Shown in pieces: positions 8,882 through 17,431 of a stretch of DNA of 64,000 nt. Under the pieces are notes generated by a model that saw nothing but the letters and a program-made list of their open reading frames with translations, did not search any database and had not been told where the DNA came from. The DNA is taken from assembly GCA_964538435.1 (NCBI GenBank), contig CAZIDX010000002.1, positions 117,930 through 181,929 of the forward strand, read 5' to 3'. Numbering within the stretch: the first letter of the stretch is position 1; each line of letters opens with the position of its first letter. The stretch comes from an uncultured Gammaproteobacteria bacterium. Its GTDB lineage: Bacteria; Patescibacteriota; Patescibacteriia; UBA9934; GWF2-40-263. A program made the translations under genes and the position numbers.

Positions 8882-9930
8882 AACTTGCAGATTCCATCAG
8901 AACGGTCGAACAGCTAGAGGAACTGCTCCAGATTCCAAACCGCGATCAAATCCTCGAGGTGGTTTCAAATATGCGTCTCTCCATCACCCCTCACCAGCGC
9001 TCGCTCATTGACTTTACAAACCCACATGACCCCCTCCTGCGCATGGTTATTCCTCATGAGCAGGAGCTTTTTGTTACCGAATCCGAACTTGTTGACCCAA
9101 TTGGTGATGAGAACGACATGCCTGTCCCCTTTCTCACACACCGATACCGTGACCGCGCGCTCATCTATACAACCTTCAACTGCGCCGCGTACTGCCGATT
9201 TTGCTTCCGCAAGTTCAAAACAGGCCAAGCAACACCTGGGCCAACCCAAGAAGAACGTGAACGCATCTTCAACTATCTTCAAACACACCCTGAAGTAGAA
9301 GAAGCTATTCTCTCAGGTGGAGACCCCCTCACCCTTACAGATGACCTGATCAAAATGTGGCTAAACGAATTGTCCAAAATCAAGAGCATTAAACGCATCC
9401 GAATCCACACACGCACCCTCGTAAATCTCCCGTCTCGAATCACAGCCTCTCTTGCAGAAATCCTTTCAAACAGTGATAAACCGATTGTCATTGTCAGCCA
9501 TTTCAACCACCCACGCGAACTTGCCCAACAAAACATTGATGCTATCAATCTCCTGACATCAGCAGAGATTCAAATAAAGAATCAAAACGTACTTCTACGC
9601 GAGGTCAACGACAATACAGGCACACTCAAAACCTTGTTCACAAAACTTGTTCAAGCTGGTGTTGGTCTCTACTATATTCACCAACTCGATCTAGCACGAG
9701 GAACAAATCATTTCCGTGTACCAATCAAGAAAGGCATGCAGCTCATGCGAGAACTTCACAACGAACTCACAGGCATTGCACTGCCCCGCTACATGCTCGA
9801 CCTGCCTGGTGGCAAAGGCAAGATCCAAATCAATAAAGAAAACCTGTGTTGGCAAGGTGATCATTGGATCGTAAAAAGCCCGCTTGGAGAAACGGTGAGG
9901 TATAATGAACCAGACGTGACAGAAACGTAA
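8854..9930 (+). CDS. KamA-family radical SAM protein (lysine 2,3-aminomutase-like)
   Basis: CAAYCRFC radical SAM CxxxCxxC in KamA context (TTFNCAAYCRFCFRKF), overall KamA-like length and motifs. Confidence 0.8.
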   Translation: MPDRQRWQIELADSIRTVEQLEELLQIPNRDQILEVVSNMRLSITPHQRSLIDFTNPHDPLLRMVIPHEQELFVTESELVDPIGDENDMPVPFLTHRYRDRALIYTTFNCAAYCRFCFRKFKTGQATPGPTQEERERIFNYLQTHPEVEEAILSGGDPLTLTDDLIKMWLNELSKIKSIKRIRIHTRTLVNLPSRITASLAEILSNSDKPIVIVSHFNHPRELAQQNIDAINLLTSAEIQIKNQNVLLREVNDNTGTLKTLFTKLVQAGVGLYYIHQLDLARGTNHFRVPIKKGMQLMRELHNELTGIALPRYMLDLPGGKGKIQINKENLCWQGDHWIVKSPLGETVRYNEPDVTET

Positions 9931-9956
9931 ATTGATGCTAACCTGTCCATTCGATT

Positions 9957-12557
9957 ATGAACGACTCACCATTCATTTTTAAACGTTATTATTTTGACCC
10001 AGCATCAGGCGAGATTCTGCTTGATTACATGCTGGGTGATATTGAATTTAAAGAAACAATCACTCTTCCAATGGATGGTGTGGACATGGACCAAATCGAT
10101 AAAGACGAACTCGACCGCGCGCTATTCGCACTCCACCTCATGACAGGAGTGAGTTACTACAAAACAACCTGCGCAAAAAAAATCAAAATCGAATCCGGCA
10201 CACTCTCAAAAACCCAAGCTGCTTTTTGGAACAAAACTTACACGCACGGACTCGGTGAATTTTTCTACACAAACCAAATCGATTTCAGGAATCTCATCGA
10301 CTTCCCTTTTTCAGATAAAACAGACAAGCTTGAACTCGCACACACAACTCGAGAACCAAACCCTCTCGTGCCAATCGGTGGTGGAAAAGATTCTGTCCTC
10401 ACAGCCGAGCTGCTCAAGAGAGCTAAAGTCCCCTTCACCACCCTTACAGTAAAAGACGCTCCCCCAATCAAAAACACAAGCGAAATCATAGGAAACGGGC
10501 GAATTGTTGTTCACCGCGCACTCTCTCCAAACCTGATTGATTTCAATACGCAAGAAGGTGTCTACAATGGCCACGTACCAATCACGGGTGTGCTTAGCTT
10601 CCTCAGCGTCGTTATTGCCATCCTACACAACAAGACAGATGCCATCTTCTCTCTCGAACAAACCGCAAGCGAAGGCAACCTCAAATACCTCGGCGAAGAA
10701 ATCAATCACCAATACAGCAAGTCGCTCGAATTCGAGCAGAGCCTGCAGTCTTATCTTTCAAGCTACGTTACAAAAAACGTATCCGTCTTCAGCTTGATCC
10801 GCCCGCTCTCAGAGTTCGACATCGTGAAGCGCTTTTCAAAACTCGAGCATTACTTCCCTGCCTTCTCAAGCTGCAACAGGAACTTTACTTTTAAAAACAC
10901 AAACAAAGATACAAAAGCATTCTGGTGTTGCGAGTGTCCAAAATGCGCATTCATGTTTGCCATGCTCTCAGCCTGGCTCACTCACGATCAGGTCGTAGAA
11001 ATCTTTAGTCAGGATCTCTTTGCAAAACCCAAACTCAAAGACCTCTTCAAAGAACTCCTCGGTATCCAGGGAAACAAACCCTTCGAGTGTGTAGGGACAG
11101 CAGAAGAAACCGCAGCTGCATTCGAGCTCGCATTCCGCCGCGGCGACGCAAACGAAACACAGATCATGAAAATGTATGAGAGTGATGTTCGAGATTCACT
11201 CACAGACCCTGATGAAATCATCTCCAAGCTACTCACCCCATCGACCGAACATGCAATTCCGCTTGAATACCAAAAGTACTCACCTGCACTGAACCCTCTC
11301 CAGCGCGTTGCTCACAGCAAGACCCTCCTGCTCGGCTTTGCTGCGACCAACCAATCACTGCTCAAAGCCATCCTCAAGGTCAATCCAGACGCAGACATTA
11401 CTATCGCAGACCAAAACCCCGACCTTGATCTACCAAACGGAGTAAATTCTCAACTCGGAGACAGCCACTTAGATAATCTCCCTAACTTTGATCTCATCAT
11501 CCGCTCACACGGTGTTCCCTACGGACCAAAACTTGAAGCCGTGCGATCTCGAGTCAAAGGTGCAGCCCAACTTTTCTTCGAGTACGTTCACAGCACATCA
11601 AACGCACGCATCATCGGAATCACAGGAACCAAGGGTAAATCCACAACCGCAACACTCATCCATATGATGTTGCAAGCTGCTGGAAAACGTACACTGTTCG
11701 TTGGAAACATCAACGCACAAGAATGGGACTGGCTCGATCAAATCACAGATGACACTTACATCGTCTACGAACTCTCCAGCTACATGCTAGAAGATTTCAC
11801 AGAAACCCCAGACGTATCCGTGTGGCTAAACGTGTACGACGATCACCTCACCTGGCACAACAACTCACCAGACGAATACACACAAGCCAAAGCAAACATC
11901 TGTGCAAACCAAAACACAACAAACACCTGCATCTTCAACGCCCATGACGCGCGCGTAGCAAACGGCACATCATCAAGCAAAGCCAAACTTATCGATTTCA
12001 CACAAAAAGAAATCGACCTGGGTGACATACAGCTTCGAGGAAATCACAACCGCGAAAACATGCTCGCAGCACTCTGCGCAATAAATGCACTGGGAATACC
12101 CGAAATAGACGTTCTACCCGCTCTAAGAGCCTTTTCAGGCCTCCCACATCGTCTTGAAACCATCGCCACAGTAAACAACGTCGACTACGTAGATGACACC
12201 CTTGCAACCAATCCAGAAGCAACCATTGCCGCAATCAAAAGCTTCGACAATATCTCCTGCCTTATCCTGGGTGGTGAAGACCGCGGTTACGACTACTCCG
12301 AGCTTGCAAAACACGTCAATGAAATCAAAAACCTCATCCTACTCCCAGGCTGCAGAGACAAACTTAAGACCACACTCACAAACTTCCCAGGAACAATCCA
12401 CGAAGTCGAGTCTGTCGAGGAAGCCGTAACCACCTCTCACAAACAAGCTGAGCCAAACACAGTCGTCCTCCTCTCCCCTGCAGCGCCAAGCTACGACCAG
12501 TTCAAGAACTACGAGAAGAAAGCAAAGGTGTTCAAACAAGCAATTACAAACCTCTAA
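9957..12557 (+). CDS. two-module protein: N-terminal PP-loop ATP pyrophosphatase-like domain with Cys cluster (QueC-like) fused to C-terminal Mur ligase family domain
   Basis: PIGGGKDS (SGGxDS-type PP-loop), FWCCECPKC Cys cluster about 190 aa later, then IIGITGTKGKSTTATLI Mur ligase P-loop, DDHLTWHNN central motif and MurD-like C-terminus. Confidence 0.6.
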   Translation: MNDSPFIFKRYYFDPASGEILLDYMLGDIEFKETITLPMDGVDMDQIDKDELDRALFALHLMTGVSYYKTTCAKKIKIESGTLSKTQAAFWNKTYTHGLGEFFYTNQIDFRNLIDFPFSDKTDKLELAHTTREPNPLVPIGGGKDSVLTAELLKRAKVPFTTLTVKDAPPIKNTSEIIGNGRIVVHRALSPNLIDFNTQEGVYNGHVPITGVLSFLSVVIAILHNKTDAIFSLEQTASEGNLKYLGEEINHQYSKSLEFEQSLQSYLSSYVTKNVSVFSLIRPLSEFDIVKRFSKLEHYFPAFSSCNRNFTFKNTNKDTKAFWCCECPKCAFMFAMLSAWLTHDQVVEIFSQDLFAKPKLKDLFKELLGIQGNKPFECVGTAEETAAAFELAFRRGDANETQIMKMYESDVRDSLTDPDEIISKLLTPSTEHAIPLEYQKYSPALNPLQRVAHSKTLLLGFAATNQSLLKAILKVNPDADITIADQNPDLDLPNGVNSQLGDSHLDNLPNFDLIIRSHGVPYGPKLEAVRSRVKGAAQLFFEYVHSTSNARIIGITGTKGKSTTATLIHMMLQAAGKRTLFVGNINAQEWDWLDQITDDTYIVYELSSYMLEDFTETPDVSVWLNVYDDHLTWHNNSPDEYTQAKANICANQNTTNTCIFNAHDARVANGTSSSKAKLIDFTQKEIDLGDIQLRGNHNRENMLAALCAINALGIPEIDVLPALRAFSGLPHRLETIATVNNVDYVDDTLATNPEATIAAIKSFDNISCLILGGEDRGYDYSELAKHVNEIKNLILLPGCRDKLKTTLTNFPGTIHEVESVEEAVTTSHKQAEPNTVVLLSPAAPSYDQFKNYEKKAKVFKQAITNL

Positions 12558-12560
12558 TAC

Positions 12561-12585
12561 AAAAACTCACCATGGTGAGTTTTTG
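12561..12585. terminator. bidirectional intrinsic terminator built on the CTCACCATGGTGAG palindrome
   Basis: AAAAA-CTCACCATGGTGAG-TTTTT immediately after the stop of CDS 9957..12557. Confidence 0.6.
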
Positions 12586-12633
12586 TATAAATCCAGTTTC
12601 ACTAAATTTAGTTAAAAATCTTACTTATCCACA

Positions 12634-12667
12634 CTGACATTTCCTCACCATGGTGAGAAAATGTCAG
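12634..12667. repeat. 34-bp palindromic element CTGACATTTCCTCACCATGGTGAGAAAATGTCAG (family member 1 of 3-4)
   Basis: Near-perfect inverted repeat centred on CCATGG; related copies at 52472-52505 and 53045-53067 and core copy at 12566-12579. Confidence 0.6.
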
Positions 12668-12770
12668 CTTTTTGTATTTGAAACCTCAAAAAAGAAAGCT
12701 TGATAACACCGATGTTTTTGAATTAGAAAAGCCCTACTCCGCAGAGCAAGGCCACGTTATCGTGTTGGGC

Positions 12771-13718
12771 CTACTTCAGCTTACGCCAGTCGACCCAGGT
12801 CTCGAGCAGGTTATCGAACGGTTGACCCTCCCCAATCCACCCGATATGAGGGACACCTTGCATCCACTCAAGCTTCAGGAACATGGTCATCTCTCCCCCA
12901 CACGCATCCCTAACACCCTTTTCAACAGGGATGATGACCACACCCTCAGGCGGATCAAAATGCGGGTGCCGCTCCATCATCACAGCGTAAAGCACGAGAT
13001 CGTGCAGTTTGCCATGCGACCACATGTGTCGACCATCTGTATGATGCCGGTGAACTCTCCGACGATTCACACCGTCCGTGACATACAGATTCTTCCCCAG
13101 ATCCATCACCTTCCACACCCCCGGTTTCTGATACCCAGGACGTGAAGGAAACTTGGACCAGTCGATCTTGAAATCACAATGGACAAAATCCAGAGCAAGA
13201 AGCTTCTGCACCTGCCGAGCTGTAATCTCAACAACCGGCATCACGACACCAGTCTCCCCCATATGCTCACGTTGCTCACGATCATCAGTGTAGTTCCTGC
13301 GATAGATGCCTCGCTCCCGATCGTTGAAACGGATCACCTGACACGTCAGCCAAGACAGCATCTTGGGTGTGATTACACGAACGATCCCAAGATCGAACGC
13401 ACGCACCTTGTCGATCGGGCACTGCTCGTCGTGAGCTTTGATGAACATTCGCGTCAACGACTCGCGATCAAGAACCCGCTCCCCCATCACCTCAGCCAGA
13501 TGCAGAAGAAGCGGGTTGTGAGCCAACGCTGTCAGAGCAACTTCGTTGAGATCTCCTCGAGCCATTCGCGCACTGAACTCATGCACGAACCTGTACGCAT
13601 CTTCGCGTGCAGCCATGTCTTCCTCCGACTCATCTTCTTCGCTCTCAAAACAACCACCAGGCCGAGGATCAAGCCCTAAAGATGAGACAAAGTGTTGTGG
13701 TCGCCAACAGCGATCCAT
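12771..13718 (-). CDS. hypothetical protein in GC-rich island; weak resemblance to RelA/SpoT-type (RSH) nucleotidyltransferase synthetase motifs
   Basis: ORF track 315 aa. Motif-level resemblance only: DKVRAFDLGIVRVI (D-x-x-G-x-R-x-I), GIYRRNY, PVVEITARQ (compare EIQIRT). Confidence 0.45.
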   Translation of the reverse strand: MDRCWRPQHFVSSLGLDPRPGGCFESEEDESEEDMAAREDAYRFVHEFSARMARGDLNEVALTALAHNPLLLHLAEVMGERVLDRESLTRMFIKAHDEQCPIDKVRAFDLGIVRVITPKMLSWLTCQVIRFNDRERGIYRRNYTDDREQREHMGETGVVMPVVEITARQVQKLLALDFVHCDFKIDWSKFPSRPGYQKPGVWKVMDLGKNLYVTDGVNRRRVHRHHTDGRHMWSHGKLHDLVLYAVMMERHPHFDPPEGVVIIPVEKGVRDACGGEMTMFLKLEWMQGVPHIGWIGEGQPFDNLLETWVDWRKLK

Positions 13719-13826
13719 TCACTGCGGCAAAGGCATGTCACCAGAAAACCTTCCCAATGTCAACACAAACCCTTGACACAAACAACTTTTTCCACTACAA
13801 TCCCTCTCTCACTCCGGAGGTGAATC

Positions 13827-14429
13827 ATGAACCGTCAGACGTTCTTTTACTCCCTTCCTCTGGAGCAATACAGCCCAGAGGACCTACGCCGCATCCAGCT
13901 TGCCTACTGGCTTGCAAAGGAAGGCCACCGCACACAGCACCGCGACGATGGTGAGCGCTACTTCGAGCATCCTCGAGCTGTTGCCCTGATCCTCGTCGAG
14001 ATGGGCTACACGGACGTGAGCACCATCTGCGCCGCGCTCCTGCACGACGGCGTCGAGGACACGTACATCCTTCCCGATGCCTACCTGGCGCTGGTTGGAC
14101 CCACGGTCTGGAACTGGGTCTTCACCCTTTCCAAGAAGATCCCCGCCTTTGACCCTGTCACTGGCGTGGTGATCGACTACGTCAAGCGCGACCAGGACAA
14201 GTACTTCGAGGGTATTGCCGCTCTCCCACCCCAGGCGCGTGTGATCAAGCTTGCTGATCGCCTTCACAACCTTCGCACCTGCGGAGTCATGAAGGAAGAC
14301 AGGAAGCAGCGCTACATCCACGAGACCCGGAGTCTCATCCTCCCGATCGCCCAGAGCACAGACCCGAACTTCGTCCAGGTGATCGAACACGAGATCAAGC
14401 TTGTCCTCGCCACCTGCAAGGACGACTAG
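13827..14429 (+). CDS. HD-domain hydrolase of RelA/SpoT type (small alarmone hydrolase-like)
   Basis: HRDDGERYFEHPRAVALIL...AALLHDGVEDT...IKLADRLHNLRT matches the (p)ppGpp hydrolase HD domain signature. Confidence 0.75.
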   Translation: MNRQTFFYSLPLEQYSPEDLRRIQLAYWLAKEGHRTQHRDDGERYFEHPRAVALILVEMGYTDVSTICAALLHDGVEDTYILPDAYLALVGPTVWNWVFTLSKKIPAFDPVTGVVIDYVKRDQDKYFEGIAALPPQARVIKLADRLHNLRTCGVMKEDRKQRYIHETRSLILPIAQSTDPNFVQVIEHEIKLVLATCKDD

Positions 14430-14473
14430 CCACCCACCTGGGTGGTTTTCAAATTGCACCCCCTGGAGAGGAC

Positions 14474-14505
14474 AAAAAGAAGACACTCGATGTGTCTTCT
14501 TTTTA
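14474..14505. terminator. bidirectional intrinsic terminator
   Basis: AAAAA-gaagacac-tcgat-gtgtcttc-TTTTT. Confidence 0.6.
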
Positions 14506-14635
14506 AAATCTCCACCACCCCTCCACGGTTCAGGTTAGATACCGGCCGTTGCGACGTTTCTCTTTCAAAACCTGTGTGTTTTGAAGAGAAATGTCGCCGG
14601 CCGTCACAAACCCATGCAGAAAGACAAGAATTTTT

Positions 14636-16237
14636 TTAAAACTCCTGAAACCTCTCAATCATATCCTCTGGCATCTCCACCCCAGCCTGCTCTGCCAAAG
14701 CTTGAATATGACCCTCAAGCTCCCCAACAAATTTATCATCATTGAAGAAATCTCCATACGTTTCTTTTTCAACAAACCGGCCCATCTCTTCAACCTTATG
14801 CTTAACCTTTCGCCCCTCGATCAATCCTTTCTTCCGCCAAACCGTATGCCTGTTTGCAATATCCATATGCGGCTGCAGAAAATCATAGAGCCATTGCACA
14901 AATTCTCGCTGCGCTCCTTCGATCTTATTATATGCAAAGTATGCCTCCCGCTTATCAACTTGAAATAAATCTGCAGATTTAATGTATTCCCCAGCGGCAA
15001 GTTCTGAAGCAATCTCGTGTGGTTTTTTTGATGTGTTAAACCGGACAAGACCAAGTGTTCGAGTTGTGGTTATCATTGCCGCCCAGTAATCACGAAGGCG
15101 CAAATCATCATCATGCCGCATCAGAGACTCAGGAAGCATATAAGAAGGCGATCCTGCAATTGGTTCATCAAAACTCGTGCGCACCACTCCACCCCCTTTT
15201 GCAATCCCATGATCAATAAGATGTGCGAGCCCTGCCTCATCCACATCCTCTGGCAACATAACATTTCCAGGCTTCACATCTCTGTGTGTCCACCCAAGCG
15301 AGTGCATCTTACGAAGCGTTGAAACAACAGAACGAAGCGCAACCGCCATCTGATACCCCCATTCAGGACTTGAGACCATCTCTTCCTCACTGCGCATGCG
15401 CTTTTCACGCGCGTCAAACATATCTTCACCTTTATACTGATCCATCACAATCGCAATCATAGTATCTCCATCTGGCTCCTGAATCATTTCTGTGCAAAGC
15501 AAATCCCCAGCAGCCATCATACCCCCAACCTCATTCCACATCATATAGAGGCTGTAATCTCCAACCTCGCCATTATCCATTTCAATACGTCTATTTCCAC
15601 CCTTTGCAGCAACAAATTTTACTAAACGTTTCTTCTGAGATTCTGAACCCCCATACGACACCTCATACACAGACCCAAACGCACCCTTTCCAACCCGATT
15701 ACCAACCTCCCATTTCACTCCGGCAGCATACACATGATCAGGGATATTTATTGGATCAAACGACTTGGTGTGATCAAAAACCGGTGGAGGCGGCCTGTCT
15801 TCCATGCGTGAAACCTGCTTCCATTCCTCAGGCACAGCCTCAAGCTCTTGATATAACTCTGATTGAAAAATATAACCCTCAGGAATACTAGGTTCCGTAT
15901 CAAGCGCATTCGTAATCCGCTCCACCCAATCCTGATGAGGCATTAGCTTTCGCTCTTGACGCATCAAAGCAACCTCATCAATTACGGATGGGACTTCAAT
16001 CTCGATTTTTGTAACATCAGGTCCTTCATCCAGAGAAGCTCGAGTTTCAACACCAGGCCGCTTCGTGCTCACCTGAGTAATTTCACCTCCCGGACTTCTA
16101 CTAACAACCGTCTCTTCTCCGCCTGACAATCCACCTCGAATAACCTCTGTCATCTCATCGTTTACCTCAGTAGGCTGATCACTCCCTTTCGGAGCCTTCC
16201 AATTGGCATATTGTTCCATGTCTGATTGAGTTTCCAT
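14636..16237 (-). CDS. Hanks-type serine/threonine protein kinase with long N- and C-terminal extensions
   Basis: GNRVGKGAFGSVYEV glycine loop, VAAK, HRDVKPGNVML catalytic loop, DHG (DFG variant), GSPSYMLPE. Confidence 0.8.
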   Translation of the reverse strand: METQSDMEQYANWKAPKGSDQPTEVNDEMTEVIRGGLSGGEETVVSRSPGGEITQVSTKRPGVETRASLDEGPDVTKIEIEVPSVIDEVALMRQERKLMPHQDWVERITNALDTEPSIPEGYIFQSELYQELEAVPEEWKQVSRMEDRPPPPVFDHTKSFDPINIPDHVYAAGVKWEVGNRVGKGAFGSVYEVSYGGSESQKKRLVKFVAAKGGNRRIEMDNGEVGDYSLYMMWNEVGGMMAAGDLLCTEMIQEPDGDTMIAIVMDQYKGEDMFDAREKRMRSEEEMVSSPEWGYQMAVALRSVVSTLRKMHSLGWTHRDVKPGNVMLPEDVDEAGLAHLIDHGIAKGGGVVRTSFDEPIAGSPSYMLPESLMRHDDDLRLRDYWAAMITTTRTLGLVRFNTSKKPHEIASELAAGEYIKSADLFQVDKREAYFAYNKIEGAQREFVQWLYDFLQPHMDIANRHTVWRKKGLIEGRKVKHKVEEMGRFVEKETYGDFFNDDKFVGELEGHIQALAEQAGVEMPEDMIERFQEF

Positions 16238-16282
16238 ACAACCACTATTATACGCATTTTTTGATACAATACCATCGATCCC

Positions 16283-17119
16283 TTGCCAAAACTGAGTATT
16301 TCAGCTATATTCTGTTGTTCAAAACACACTATGACATTTCAAACACGAATCCTGTTCGAACATCTTCTCAAATACATCCTGATCTTCATTGTGATGGGGA
16401 TCGTTTGGATTCCAGTGCAAACAGGACTCACCAACGCTGTAGAATCAGGTAAACTTGAAGCGATCGCTGTCATCATGGGTATTGTGGCCCTATGTAGCCT
16501 TACGGGATACTACACCTTTTCCTACACAGTCGTAGCCAAGACTTGGCGACAGCGCTACTTCGGATATCTCTGCACACTCCTGATGGGAATCTCACTTTCA
16601 ATCTCACTGCTCATCATCTACGTTATTGCTTCACTCTGGGTACCTGAAATGAAAGTTGTGTGGATGGGAACACTCGGATCGCTCTACATCGGAACGATCA
16701 TCTACGACAACTTTGACCTGCTCCGCATGGAGAAGGATGTCGCAGCCATCAACTTCTACGAAACCAACGTAAACATCGATGACGACCACATCCTAGACAC
16801 AACCGTCGACTACCTCCGAGAAGGACAACACCTACGTTTCTCAAACTCCCTGATCGGAAAAGCCATCATGGACCTGGGGCGAGAAAGAAAACTCATGGAA
16901 CTTGTTGAGGGAGGAAAATGGATCTACGAAAACGCAGACGAAGAGCAACACACCATCGACCACAAAATCATCGACCTCTTCAAACCATTCAAACAACACA
17001 GAACATCAATCGCAAACATCCTCACACAACTAGAAGAACACCAATCACAACACGTAGCCGACCAACTCATCGCCCAGCTCCTAACAGAAATAGACGACCA
17101 CTTCGACAACAACAAGTAA
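16283..17119 (+). CDS. membrane protein (about 4 TM) with soluble C-terminal domain; true start possibly ATG 16331
   Basis: ORF track; hydrophobic helices in N-terminal half. Confidence 0.5.
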   Translation: MPKLSISAIFCCSKHTMTFQTRILFEHLLKYILIFIVMGIVWIPVQTGLTNAVESGKLEAIAVIMGIVALCSLTGYYTFSYTVVAKTWRQRYFGYLCTLLMGISLSISLLIIYVIASLWVPEMKVVWMGTLGSLYIGTIIYDNFDLLRMEKDVAAINFYETNVNIDDDHILDTTVDYLREGQHLRFSNSLIGKAIMDLGRERKLMELVEGGKWIYENADEEQHTIDHKIIDLFKPFKQHRTSIANILTQLEEHQSQHVADQLIAQLLTEIDDHFDNNK

Positions 17120-17147
17120 AAAAACTAGCCGCAAGGCTAGTTTTTTA
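17119..17147. terminator. bidirectional intrinsic terminator
   Basis: AAAAAA-ctagcc-gcaa-ggctag-TTTTTT right after stop codon. Confidence 0.6.
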
Positions 17148-17431
17148 GTTCACCCCTCCTGGAGAGGCCGACGTGAGGCACTCGACGTGCCGACACGTCG
17201 CAGCCCCCACCACCCCACCCATAGGTCCAGGACGCCAAACGGCCGTTCGGGGTAGTGGTTTAAAAACATTTACAACGAGTTTTTAAACCACTACCCCGTG
17301 GCCGCCCAAAACTCCCGCAGCAAGATTCGAGCAAGGTTCGAGCAAAGGCGCAACCAATTAAAGGAGAGGAAGGGAAGGAAAAAAGGTATTAGAAAAGCCC
17401 TCGACCGAAGTCAAAGGCTCGTTAGCATGAC

